A DNA stretch of 64,000 bases. It comes from an uncultured Clostridia bacterium. Lineage in GTDB: Bacteria; Bacillota; Clostridia; Christensenellales; Borkfalkiaceae. The notes beneath the pieces are model-generated. The model was given only the letters and a program-made list of their open reading frames with translations, was not told where the DNA came from and ran no database searches. Made by a program: the position numbers and the translations under genes. Below are positions 36,126 to 45,451 of this stretch, piece after piece; positions within the stretch are counted from its first letter, which is position 1, and each line of letters starts with the position of its first letter. Where the stretch lies: assembly GCA_947625245.1 (NCBI GenBank), contig CANQNO010000003.1:1915-65914 (forward strand). Reading direction: 5' to 3'.

Positions 36126-38708
36126 ATGGCAAAATACGAGAATATAGAAAATATCGTAAAAATTTTATCCAGCGGCGCGGTTGCGGAGCTTTCCAAAAAA
36201 ATAAGCGCGGCGGAAAAGAAGGCGGCGGAAATTCTTAAAAAATTAAACGACGCCGAAGCCGCGAAAGTTCAGGCGAAACTCGAAGAAGAAAGGGTTATCG
36301 CCGAAAAAGCCGCGGCGGAAGAAGCCGAAAAGCTTGCCGCGCAACACAGCGCGGAACAACCAGAACAGCCTAAGCCCGAGGCAAAGCCCTCCGTGCAAGA
36401 GCCTGCGGAAAAACCGGTGCCTAAGCCCGAAAAAAAGCCCGAACGCGTGGTTTATGAGATAGGTCCTTCTACAAGACCCGAAAGAACAAATCAATTCGTG
36501 CCTAAATCGGGAGAACGTAAACCTTACGGCGATACGAGACTCCGCGACGGCAACAAGACATTTATCAACCGCGACCAAAGACCACCCCGCGGCGACAGAA
36601 AGGGCGCTGCGCCTTTCAACTCCGCGGACAGACGTCCTACGGTGAACGGTCAGCGGGGAGCGCAGGACAGACCGCCTTTCGGCAACCGCCCGCAAACGCC
36701 CAAATTCGGCGCAAGCGTACCGCCTGCCGCGCCTTTGGCTCCCCAGACGCCCAAAAAGAATTTCGGACCCGACAAAAAGAAGGGGTTCGATAAAACTTAT
36801 GTCGAAAAGGAACGCCGCGCTCCTTCCAAACGCGCTCTCCAAAAACAACAGGGCGCAAGCATAGAAGATTTTGACGAGAACAAGAGCGGTTACAGAAAGC
36901 TCCGCGTCAAAAAGGAAAAGGGCAAACAGAGCGCTCAGACCATAAAAATCGAAAAGGCGGTTGTAACCACCGACGAAATTCCTTTAAAGATTTTGTCGGA
37001 AAAGCTCGGCATTTCCGCAGTGGAAATCACAAAACGCCTTTTCAAAGAGGGAATAATGAAGACGGTGAACGAGTCTATAGACTACGACACCGCCGCGCTT
37101 GTAGCCGCAGGGCTCGGTATAGAGCTTGAATACAAGCCCGAAAAGACCGCGGAAGAAGTGCTTTTCGAGCAACAGGCGGATACAGTTGAGGAAATCGAAA
37201 GCCTTGTGCCGCGCGCTCCCGTAGTTACGGTTATGGGGCACGTTGACCACGGCAAGACTTCCCTTTTGGATTATATAAGAAACACCAAAGTCGCCGCCGG
37301 CGAAGCGGGCGGAATTACCCAGCATATCGGCGCGTATTCCGTGACGGTCAACGGCAAAGGCATTACCTTTATCGACACACCGGGGCACGAGGCGTTTACC
37401 GCAATGCGCGCAAGGGGCGCACAGGTTACCGACATCGTAATTTTGGTTGTAGCCGCGGACGACGGCGTAATGCCGCAGACCATTGAGGCGATAAACCATG
37501 CAAAAGCCGCGGGCGTAAGCATAATAGTTGCTATAAACAAGATAGATAAAGCGGGCGCAAACATTGAAAAAGTTAAGCAGGGACTTGTAAACCAGGGACT
37601 TGTGCCCGAAGAGTGGGGCGGCGATACCATATTCTGCCCCATATCCTGCAAAACGGGCGAGGGCATAGACAACCTTTTGGAAAGCCTTATCCTCACCGCT
37701 GAAATGAAAGAACTTCTTGCAAATCCCGCGCGCGAAGCGAGAGGGATCATCATAGAAGCCCGTCTCGACAAGGGCAAAGGACCTGTTGCCACCGTTCTTG
37801 TGCAAAACGGCACGTTGCGCATAGGCGACAACGTTATTTCGGGCACAGTTACGGGCAGGATCCGCGCCATGATAGACGACAAGGGCAAAAACGTTAAAGA
37901 AGCCGGTCCGTCAATGGCGGTAAACGTACTCGGTCTCGAAGCCGTGCCCAATTCGGGAGATTCCATATTTGCCGTTTCGCAATCGCTGATGAAACAGGTT
38001 ATGGACGAAAGAAAGCGCAAGGAGAGCGAATCCATAATCAAGACCGCGTCCAAAGTTTCGCTCGAGGATGTGTTCAAAAATATTGCCGAAGGCAATATGA
38101 AAACTCTCAATCTCATTATAAAGTGCGACGTACAGGGTTCGGTTGAAGCCATTAAGCAGTCCGTATTAAAGCTTTCCAACGAGGAAGTGCAGGTAAAAGT
38201 CATACACGCCGGCGCGGGCGCGGTTACCGAATCGGACGTAATGCTGGCGGAATCTTCGGGCGCGATAATTTTGGGCTTTAACGTGCGCCCCGACGCAAAA
38301 GCAAAGGCGCTTGCCGAAAGAAGCAAGGTGGACGTAAGAACATATCGCATAATATACGATTTGCTCGACGACATAGAAGCCGCATTAAAGGGCATGCTTT
38401 CGCCTAAATATCAGGAAATTATGCTGGGCAAGTGCGAAGTGCGCCAAACTTTCAAAATTACGGGCGTCGGGAATATTGCGGGTTGTTACGTTCTCGACGG
38501 CAAAATCGTGCGAGGCGGCAAGTTGCGCATATACCGCGACGATATCCTCATAGTCGAAGGCAACGTAAAGCAGCTTAAACGCTTTAAAGACGACGTAAAA
38601 GAAGTGGCGGCCGGCTTTGAGTGCGGTTGCGCTATAGAGGGATTCAACGACATAAAGATAGGCGATATAATAGAGTGCTATTTAATTGAACAGATAGCAG
38701 CGGTATAA
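36126..38708 (+). CDS. infB: translation initiation factor IF-2
   Basis: Low-complexity N-terminus, G domain VTVMGHVDHGKTSLLD / DTPGHEAF / NKID, and C-terminal beta-barrels. Confidence 0.95.
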   Translation: MAKYENIENIVKILSSGAVAELSKKISAAEKKAAEILKKLNDAEAAKVQAKLEEERVIAEKAAAEEAEKLAAQHSAEQPEQPKPEAKPSVQEPAEKPVPKPEKKPERVVYEIGPSTRPERTNQFVPKSGERKPYGDTRLRDGNKTFINRDQRPPRGDRKGAAPFNSADRRPTVNGQRGAQDRPPFGNRPQTPKFGASVPPAAPLAPQTPKKNFGPDKKKGFDKTYVEKERRAPSKRALQKQQGASIEDFDENKSGYRKLRVKKEKGKQSAQTIKIEKAVVTTDEIPLKILSEKLGISAVEITKRLFKEGIMKTVNESIDYDTAALVAAGLGIELEYKPEKTAEEVLFEQQADTVEEIESLVPRAPVVTVMGHVDHGKTSLLDYIRNTKVAAGEAGGITQHIGAYSVTVNGKGITFIDTPGHEAFTAMRARGAQVTDIVILVVAADDGVMPQTIEAINHAKAAGVSIIVAINKIDKAGANIEKVKQGLVNQGLVPEEWGGDTIFCPISCKTGEGIDNLLESLILTAEMKELLANPAREARGIIIEARLDKGKGPVATVLVQNGTLRIGDNVISGTVTGRIRAMIDDKGKNVKEAGPSMAVNVLGLEAVPNSGDSIFAVSQSLMKQVMDERKRKESESIIKTASKVSLEDVFKNIAEGNMKTLNLIIKCDVQGSVEAIKQSVLKLSNEEVQVKVIHAGAGAVTESDVMLAESSGAIILGFNVRPDAKAKALAERSKVDVRTYRIIYDLLDDIEAALKGMLSPKYQEIMLGKCEVRQTFKITGVGNIAGCYVLDGKIVRGGKLRIYRDDILIVEGNVKQLKRFKDDVKEVAAGFECGCAIEGFNDIKIGDIIECYLIEQIAAV

Positions 38709-38710
38709 CC

Positions 38711-39088
38711 ATGAGAGGTATAAGAGAACAACGTCTTGCCGGTGAATTTCAAAAAGAAATTTACGGCATTATTTCGGAAAAGCTCAGGGCTAAGTTCCCC
38801 GGGCTTTCCGCAATTATAAGCGTGACGTCCGCGGACGTCGCTCCCGATTTGAAGAGCGCGAGAATCTATATAAGCATTTACGACGCGGACAAAGAGCGGG
38901 CAAACCGCTCGTTCGAAGTCATAAAGGAAAATGCGGGTTTCATACGCTTTGAACTTTCTAAAGTGATGCACATAAGGACGATGCCCGAATTGCGCTTTTT
39001 AAAGGACGAAAGTATGCAGTACGGCGAAAAAATTGATAAAATTTTATCAGACCTCGACGTCCCGTGCGAAGATAAAAAAGATGAATAA
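38711..39088 (+). CDS. rbfA: ribosome-binding factor A
   Basis: RL..E..KEI..II...........ISVT.V.VAPDLK.ARIYIS pattern. 125 aa, after infB. Confidence 0.9.
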   Translation: MRGIREQRLAGEFQKEIYGIISEKLRAKFPGLSAIISVTSADVAPDLKSARIYISIYDADKERANRSFEVIKENAGFIRFELSKVMHIRTMPELRFLKDESMQYGEKIDKILSDLDVPCEDKKDE

Positions 39089-40040
39089 TTCATTTGAAGA
39101 GATCAATGCGGTATTGTCCGATGCCCAAAATATAGTCGTAATTTGCCACACCCGCCCCGACGGCGACGCTTTGGGGAGCGGCGTGGCGCTTTGCGTTGCG
39201 CTTGAAAACGCGGGCAAAAAGGCGTACATGTGCTGCATGGATGCTCCTCCCGAAAAATTCAAATACAATCCCTCGTTCGACAGGGTAATAAACGAACTGC
39301 CGGACACGGATTACGATACGATAGTAACTGTGGACTGCGCCGATACCGCGCGCATGGGGCTGTTTTCCAAAAAGTATAAAAAATTCAAAAAGCCCACTAT
39401 AAATTTTGACCACCATATCACAAACGAGGGCTATGCAAGTCTCAATTACATAAAAGAGTGCCCCGCTACCTGCGAAATCATGACTGAATTTCTGGTTTCT
39501 TCTGGTTATGAAATTACCGAAGAAATAGCAAATCTTCTTATGTTGGGACTTATAACCGACAGCGGAAATTTCGCGCATCAGGACGTTAGCGAAAACACCT
39601 TTAAGATTGCTGCGTTTTTGCGTTCGAAAGGGGCGGACGTAAGCCTTATAATTTACAATATGTTCCGCAGGCAGACAAAGGCGCGCGCGCTTTTATACGG
39701 CAGGGTCATAAAGAATATCGGGTTTGCCCTTGACGATAAACTCGCATATCTGGTGATTACCGACAAAGACGTGGAAGAGTGCGGCGCGGATAAAAGCCTT
39801 ACCGAAGGCTTTGTGGATTTTCCTTTGACTATCGACGGAGTTGAAGTTTCGGTATCCTTTCTCGAATATAAGGAAAACCAATACAAGGCGTCGCTCAGGA
39901 GCAAGGGCAATATAAACGTAAATTCTGTCGCCGTCTCGTTCGGCGGCGGCGGGCACAAGTTCGCAAGCGGCTGTAAGTTGATAGGCTCCCTCGAAGAGGT
40001 CAAAGAAAAGCTGATTTTCGCCTTTTCCAAGATTATATGA
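39081..40040 (+). CDS. nrnA: DHH-family phosphoesterase (NrnA-like oligoribonuclease/pAp phosphatase)
   Basis: HTRPDGDALGS, VDCAD, NFDHH and GGGGHKFASG motifs. The ATG overlaps the rbfA stop (ATGAATAA). Confidence 0.8.
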   Translation: MNNSFEEINAVLSDAQNIVVICHTRPDGDALGSGVALCVALENAGKKAYMCCMDAPPEKFKYNPSFDRVINELPDTDYDTIVTVDCADTARMGLFSKKYKKFKKPTINFDHHITNEGYASLNYIKECPATCEIMTEFLVSSGYEITEEIANLLMLGLITDSGNFAHQDVSENTFKIAAFLRSKGADVSLIIYNMFRRQTKARALLYGRVIKNIGFALDDKLAYLVITDKDVEECGADKSLTEGFVDFPLTIDGVEVSVSFLEYKENQYKASLRSKGNINVNSVAVSFGGGGHKFASGCKLIGSLEEVKEKLIFAFSKII

Positions 40041-40885
40041 CGGGTTTTATAAACGTTAACAAGGCGCCGGGGGTCACCTCTGCGCAGGAAGTAAACAAAA
40101 TAAAGCGCATTGCGGGCGCGCCATGCGGGCATATGGGCACTCTAGACCCCATGGCGTCGGGTGTTTTGCCGGTAGCCATAGGCAACGCGGCAAGGCTTTT
40201 TGAATATTTTCTCGGCAAGACCAAAACATACACGGGGATTTTCGCCTTCGGCGAAGAGCGCGACACTCTCGATTCAACGGGGCAAATTATAAACAACGGG
40301 GGTAGAGTGCCGACAGCCGCCGAAATAAAGGGCGTGCTTGACTGTTTCGTCGGTGAAATCGAACAAATCCCGCCCCGTTTCAGCGCAAAAAACGTGAACG
40401 GCAGGCGCGGGTACATGCTCGCACGAGAGGGCGTGGAATTCGAACTCCCTCCAAAAAAGGTCAAAATTTATTCTATAGAACTCAAAAGACAGGTTTGCGC
40501 AAACGAATTCGAGTTTGAAATAGTGTGCGGCGGAGGGACATATATCCGTGCGCTTGCACGGGATATCGCCGCAAAGTTGGGCACTTTTGCCTATATGAGC
40601 GGGCTTGTGCGCACGGCGAGCGGTCCTTTCAGGTTGGAAACCGCCGTAAAAACCGAAGATCTCGATCCATCAAACATAAAAAATCATATAATTCCTACAG
40701 AAAACTTGTTGGATTTTAAGAGCGTATATCCCGACGCCGCAGAGGCGAAAAAACTTTTCAACGGACTTTCGGTCGGGTGCGGTCTTGCAGACGGGAAATA
40801 TAAAATTTATACTGCGGACGGCTTGTTTTACGGACTTGCCGAAGCCGGGCACGGTTTTTTAAAGGTAGTTACCAAGTTATGTTAG
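40037..40885 (+). CDS. truB: tRNA pseudouridine(55) synthase
   Basis: GFINVNKAPGVTS and GHMGTLDPMASGVLPV motifs. Confidence 0.9.
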   Translation: MTGFINVNKAPGVTSAQEVNKIKRIAGAPCGHMGTLDPMASGVLPVAIGNAARLFEYFLGKTKTYTGIFAFGEERDTLDSTGQIINNGGRVPTAAEIKGVLDCFVGEIEQIPPRFSAKNVNGRRGYMLAREGVEFELPPKKVKIYSIELKRQVCANEFEFEIVCGGGTYIRALARDIAAKLGTFAYMSGLVRTASGPFRLETAVKTEDLDPSNIKNHIIPTENLLDFKSVYPDAAEAKKLFNGLSVGCGLADGKYKIYTADGLFYGLAEAGHGFLKVVTKLC

Positions 40886-41808
40886 AAATTGTAAACTATA
40901 ACGTTGACGAATACGAATTTCCTTCGTTGCTTGTTTTGGGCTGTTTTGACGGTTTGCATGCGGGGCATGTGGAGCTTTTAAAAAAGGCAAAACTTAAAGC
41001 CAAAATAAACGGGCTCGACCTCGGCGTAATGATGTTCGAAAACGGCAAGGGCGGCAGGCTCTTATACACTTTCGCGGAGAGATTGCGCCTTCTTGAAGAA
41101 TTCAACGTCAAATTCGTGCTTAAAATACATTACGACGAGCAGTTGAAAAACACTCCCGCGGCGGAATTTATAAAAAACATAGACGAGAAGATAAACATAA
41201 AGGGATTAATGAGCGGAAGCGATTTCCGCTTCGGCGCGGGTGCGAAAGGCAAGGTTTCCACCTTAAAAAGTTTTGCCGAGGACGAGGATAACGGAGTTTG
41301 GTATCTTCCCGTAAAGGATATAAGTTTCAACGACCAAAAAATAAGTTCGTCGCTCATTAAGTCCATGCTCGAAAGCGGCGACATAGAGGGTGCGAACGGG
41401 CTGTTGACCCGCAATTATTCGGTGACGGGCACGGTAGCCGACGGCGCAAAGCGCGGGAAAAAGATTTTGGGCTTTCCCACAATGAACGTAGTTTATCCCG
41501 AGGACAAAGTAGAAGTAAAGCAGGGCGTTTATGCCGTGTCGTGCACAATAAACGGAGTGCGTTACGGCGGGATGGCAAATTACGGTCCGCGCCCCACGTT
41601 CGGCGAGGACAAGCCCGTTCTGGAAGTTTTCCTCGATGGATACGAAGGTGAAAATTACGGCGAAGAAGTTACGGTGGAGTTTATTTCATATCTCCGCGAA
41701 ATACATAAATTCGATTCGGCTGAAGATCTCGCAGCCCGCCTCGCCAAAGATCTGGAAGAGGCGAAAGCGCTGTTTGAAAAGAGCTGCCAAAGCGGAGGCA
41801 TCGTATGA
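40879..41808 (+). CDS. ribF: bifunctional riboflavin kinase / FAD synthetase
   Basis: LVLGCFDGLHAGH at the N-terminus. C-terminal kinase GFPTMN ... Y.G..N.G.RPTF ... EV.L ... FI.YLR....F. Confidence 0.9.
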   Translation: MLEIVNYNVDEYEFPSLLVLGCFDGLHAGHVELLKKAKLKAKINGLDLGVMMFENGKGGRLLYTFAERLRLLEEFNVKFVLKIHYDEQLKNTPAAEFIKNIDEKINIKGLMSGSDFRFGAGAKGKVSTLKSFAEDEDNGVWYLPVKDISFNDQKISSSLIKSMLESGDIEGANGLLTRNYSVTGTVADGAKRGKKILGFPTMNVVYPEDKVEVKQGVYAVSCTINGVRYGGMANYGPRPTFGEDKPVLEVFLDGYEGENYGEEVTVEFISYLREIHKFDSAEDLAARLAKDLEEAKALFEKSCQSGGIV

Positions 41809-42656
41809 TAAAATTCGGACCGAGCGGGAATTGCGATGCCTTTTTTGCGGCGGGTTATAAACATACGGCAGAGGCGGCGGAGTTTTGCCGTTCTCTCGGG
41901 CTGGATTGTTACGAATATTCTTTCGGCAGGGGCGTGAACCTTTCGGAGGGCAAGGCGGTTGAAATAGGCGAAGCGTTTAAAGATTCCGGTGTGGAAATTA
42001 GCGTTCACGCTCCTTATTTTATAAATTTTGCCAATCCCGAAGACGAAGCGGCGCAAAAATCTTACGGCTATGTGCTTTCAAGCGCTAAAACGCTTAAACT
42101 CATGGGCGGGGAACGCGTGGTGTTTCACCCCGCGGCGCAGGGGAAAGCTGCCCGAGAGGACGCCGTAAGGCTGACAGCGGAAAGGCTTAAAGTTTTGCGC
42201 GACTATATTTATCTGAACGGGCTCGAAGATGTAAAATTCTGCCCCGAAACCATGGGCAAATTTGCGCAGATAGGCACCCTCGAAGAAATTGTGGAATTAT
42301 GCAAAACCGACAAATGTTTTTTGCCGGCTGTGGACTTCGGGCATATCAACGCGCGCGAACAGGGCAGTTTAAAGACCGTAAAAGACTACAAAGAGCGGCT
42401 TGAATATATGATTTCCGAACTGGGATATGAAAGGATAAAAAATTTTCACGTGCATTTTTCAAAGATAATGTACGGCGGAAAAGGGGAAATAAAGCATCTT
42501 ACCTTCGCCGACGACGTTTACGGACCGGAGTTTGAGCCGCTTTCCGAAGCGTTAAAAGAACTGAAACTCGAACCTTACATAATCTGCGAATCGGCGGGTA
42601 CGCAGGCTGAGGACGCCGCGGAAATGAAACGTATATATAATAGTGTTGACACCTGA
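41805..42656 (+). CDS. xylose-isomerase-like TIM-barrel protein (AP endonuclease family 2 / endonuclease IV-like)
   Basis: 283 aa. ISVHAPYFINFANP, VVFHP and DFGH metal-ligand-like motifs. ATGA overlap with the ribF stop. Confidence 0.55.
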   Translation: MIKFGPSGNCDAFFAAGYKHTAEAAEFCRSLGLDCYEYSFGRGVNLSEGKAVEIGEAFKDSGVEISVHAPYFINFANPEDEAAQKSYGYVLSSAKTLKLMGGERVVFHPAAQGKAAREDAVRLTAERLKVLRDYIYLNGLEDVKFCPETMGKFAQIGTLEEIVELCKTDKCFLPAVDFGHINAREQGSLKTVKDYKERLEYMISELGYERIKNFHVHFSKIMYGGKGEIKHLTFADDVYGPEFEPLSEALKELKLEPYIICESAGTQAEDAAEMKRIYNSVDT

Positions 42657-42685
42657 AATTTTTTTTGGTAAAATATAGGAGAATT

Positions 42686-43735
42686 ATGAACACAAATAAT
42701 GCAAAAAAGATATACGAGGCGGTCGGCGCGGAAGCCGTGCTCACTTCGCAATACGATTTAAGGCAATATCTTACGGGTTTTGCAACCTCCTTCGGCTATG
42801 TACTTAGCGATAAAAACGGCACCACGTTTTATACCGATCCCCGCTATATCGAGGGCGCTACGGCGGCGCTGAAGGGTACGGGCATCGAGGTAAAGCTTTT
42901 CGGCGGCTCGCTCGAAGAAATTTTAAAGCCGTACAAAGAAGTGGCTGTTCCCCTCGACAAGACGCTCTATCCCGATTATTTAAAACTTTCGGGATACAAT
43001 CTTAAAATAGTAGACAGCATGCCCGCCTTTACCGGGGCAATGGCAATTAAGCAGGATTATGAAATAGAAAATATCAAAAAAGCCTGCGAAATAACCGACA
43101 AAGCCTATGTAAAACTTCTTTCGCGGATAAAAGAGGGCATGACCGAAAACGACGTTGCGGCGGAGCTCGAATACCTCATGAGGTCTTTCGGCGCGAGCGG
43201 CACGAGTTTTGAATCGATAGTGGGGTTTGAAGCCAATTCAAGCGTTCCACATCACGAAACGGGCTTGACAAAGCTTAAATTCGGCGACATAATACTCATA
43301 GATTTCGGTTGCAAATACGGCGGATACTGTTCGGATTGCACACGCACTTTCCTTTTCGGCGACGACAAAAAGCACGGAGAGTTTAAGGAAACATACAAAA
43401 AAGTACTCGAAGCGCACTATGCCGCAAAGGAAAAGATAAAAGGCGGCGAGACGGGAAAAGAGGCGGACGAGTATGCAAGAAGCGTTTTGCGCGGTTACGG
43501 GCTCGATAAATTTTTCACACACTCTTTGGGACACGGTATCGGCATAAACGTACACGAGCATCCCATGCTTTCGCCCCGCAGCTCGGATATTCTTAAAGAA
43601 AATATGGTATTTTCGGACGAACCGGGCGTATACTTCGAGGGGAAATTCGGCATAAGAATAGAGGATACCGTAACGCTTAAAGGCGGGAAAGTATTGAGTT
43701 TGACCGATTCCGATAAAAAATTGACTATAATCTGA
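42686..43735 (+). CDS. M24-family Xaa-Pro aminopeptidase
   Basis: Pita-bread fold motifs DFG..Y.GY.SD.TRT, HSLGHGIGINVHE and SDEPG.Y. SD AGGAGA before ATG 42686. Confidence 0.85.
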   Translation: MNTNNAKKIYEAVGAEAVLTSQYDLRQYLTGFATSFGYVLSDKNGTTFYTDPRYIEGATAALKGTGIEVKLFGGSLEEILKPYKEVAVPLDKTLYPDYLKLSGYNLKIVDSMPAFTGAMAIKQDYEIENIKKACEITDKAYVKLLSRIKEGMTENDVAAELEYLMRSFGASGTSFESIVGFEANSSVPHHETGLTKLKFGDIILIDFGCKYGGYCSDCTRTFLFGDDKKHGEFKETYKKVLEAHYAAKEKIKGGETGKEADEYARSVLRGYGLDKFFTHSLGHGIGINVHEHPMLSPRSSDILKENMVFSDEPGVYFEGKFGIRIEDTVTLKGGKVLSLTDSDKKLTII

Positions 43736-43758
43736 GTTTTAATTAAGGAGAATATAAT

Positions 43759-44334
43759 ATGGCATCGATTTTAGCAGGCGACATCAGAAAGGGCACAACT
43801 TTCGAGTATAACGGCAAGGGCGTTTATACCGTCACCGAATTCCAGCACGTAAAACCCGGCAAGGGCGCCGCGTTCGTAAGGACGACGCTTAAAAACGTGG
43901 TTACGGGACAAGTTCTTTCGGATATAACTTTCAACCCTACCGCAAAGCTCGAAACGGCGCAGGTAGAAACGAGGAAAATGACTTATTCCTATTTCGACGG
44001 CGAGTTCTACAACTTTATGGATCCCGACACTTTTGATATAATCACTTTAAACCACGACCAGGTGGAAGAAGCGCTTAAATATATCAAGGAAAACGACATT
44101 GTAACGGTAAAATCCCTTAACGGCGTTGCCTTCTCGGTTGAACCCGAAAACTTTGTAGAGCTTAAAATTGTTGAGTGCGAGCCGGGTGTGCGCGGCAGCA
44201 CTGCGACCAACGTTATGAAGAACGCTGTTGTGGAGACGGGCGCGACCATTCAGGTGCCCATGTTCGTCGAAGAGGGCGAAACTATCCGTATCGATACCCG
44301 CACGGGCGAATACATGTCAAGGGTCGGCAAATAA
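43759..44334 (+). CDS. efp: elongation factor P
   Basis: [19 protein letters not shown] loop with the conserved Lys. 191 aa, peptidase-efp synteny. Confidence 0.95.
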   Translation: MASILAGDIRKGTTFEYNGKGVYTVTEFQHVKPGKGAAFVRTTLKNVVTGQVLSDITFNPTAKLETAQVETRKMTYSYFDGEFYNFMDPDTFDIITLNHDQVEEALKYIKENDIVTVKSLNGVAFSVEPENFVELKIVECEPGVRGSTATNVMKNAVVETGATIQVPMFVEEGETIRIDTRTGEYMSRVGK

Positions 44335-44340
44335 TTTAAA

Positions 44341-44778
44341 ATGAAAGCCGTTGTACAACGCGTGGGGAAAACCGCGCTGTCGGTGGACGGGAAGCTTGTT
44401 TCCGAAATCGACTTCGGGCTTGCGGTATTTTTCGGCGTAAAGACGGGGGATACCGAAGCGCAGGCGGAGGCTATTGCCAAAAAGATAGCCAATCTCCGCA
44501 TATTCGCCGACGGAAACGGAAAGATGAATTTGTCCGTCAAAGACGTGGGCGGGCAGATTCTTCTTGTCTCGCAGTTTACCCTTTTGGGGGATTGCACCCG
44601 CGGCAACCGCCCCGACTTTTCAAACGCCGAAAAACCCGAACGCGCCAAATTCCTGTATGAATACACAGCCGAAAAGTTGCGCGGTTACGGGATTACGGTA
44701 AAACTCGGCGTTTTCGGTGCGCACATGCATATACAGCAGTTCAACGACGGACCTGTTTCGGTAGTTTTGGATATGTAA
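44341..44778 (+). CDS. dtd: D-aminoacyl-tRNA deacylase
   Basis: MKAVVQRV ... LLVSQFTL ... GNRP.F pattern. 145 aa. Confidence 0.9.
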   Translation: MKAVVQRVGKTALSVDGKLVSEIDFGLAVFFGVKTGDTEAQAEAIAKKIANLRIFADGNGKMNLSVKDVGGQILLVSQFTLLGDCTRGNRPDFSNAEKPERAKFLYEYTAEKLRGYGITVKLGVFGAHMHIQQFNDGPVSVVLDM

Positions 44779-44782
44779 ATTT

Positions 44783-44808
44783 AAGGGCGAGCAAATCGCC
44801 CTTTTTAT
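44783..44808 (+). terminator. intrinsic terminator after dtd
   Basis: AAGGGCGA GCAAA TCGCCCTT followed by TTTATTC. Confidence 0.75.
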
Positions 44809-44813
44809 TCTGT

Positions 44814-45386
44814 ATGAAGTTTTTCGGGCATTTAAAAACTGTAAGAAAACACAGGCGGGAAGTACGAAAACTCTGTTTTAAAGCGGGGCTTATAAAACAG
44901 GGGCTTTTTCACGATATGTCTAAGTATTCCCCCGCAGAATTTTTCCCCGGGGTAAAGTACTATCAGGGCTTCCGCAGCCCGCAGGCAAAAGAGAGGGAAG
45001 TGTTGGGGTATTCTGCGGCATGGCTCCACCATAAGGGCAGGAACAAGCACCATTTCGAATACTGGACGGATTATGCCGACGGCAGAAAGGTGTACGTAAA
45101 AATGCCCGCAAAGTACTTTGCCGAAATGGTTTGCGACAGGGTAGCGGCAAGCAAGATTTATTTAAAGGACAAATATACCGAAGCAAGCCCTTTGGAATAC
45201 TTTTCAAGCCGCACCGACATGCAATCCATGCACCCCGAAACGTGCGAAGATTTGAGATATTTTTTAACGCTTTTAAGGGATGAGGGCGAAAAAAAGACCT
45301 TTGAAGAACTTAAAAAGTTTGTGAAAGCCGATAAAAAAAGAATTAAAGAAAATAAAAAATCCAAAGTGCCGCATAATAAAGCGTAA
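44814..45386 (+). CDS. DUF5662-like protein (HD-like His/Asp motifs)
   Basis: GHLKTVRKHRREV...GLFHDMSKYSP.EF....YYQG.RSP....E..GYS.AWLHHKGRNKHHFEYW matches the remembered DUF5662 pattern. No SD upstream. Confidence 0.55.
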   Translation: MKFFGHLKTVRKHRREVRKLCFKAGLIKQGLFHDMSKYSPAEFFPGVKYYQGFRSPQAKEREVLGYSAAWLHHKGRNKHHFEYWTDYADGRKVYVKMPAKYFAEMVCDRVAASKIYLKDKYTEASPLEYFSSRTDMQSMHPETCEDLRYFLTLLRDEGEKKTFEELKKFVKADKKRIKENKKSKVPHNKA

Positions 45387-45403
45387 AAAAGAAACATAAA
45401 ATA

Positions 45404-45440
45404 AAATCTCCCGGACAATCAGCCGGGAGATTTGTTTTTG
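45404..45440. terminator. bidirectional intrinsic terminator between convergent genes
   Basis: AAATCTCCCGG / CCGGGAGATTT 11-bp stem with an 8-nt loop, flanked by an A-run and GTTTTTG. Confidence 0.75.
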
Positions 45441-45451
45441 TGACAAAGCGT

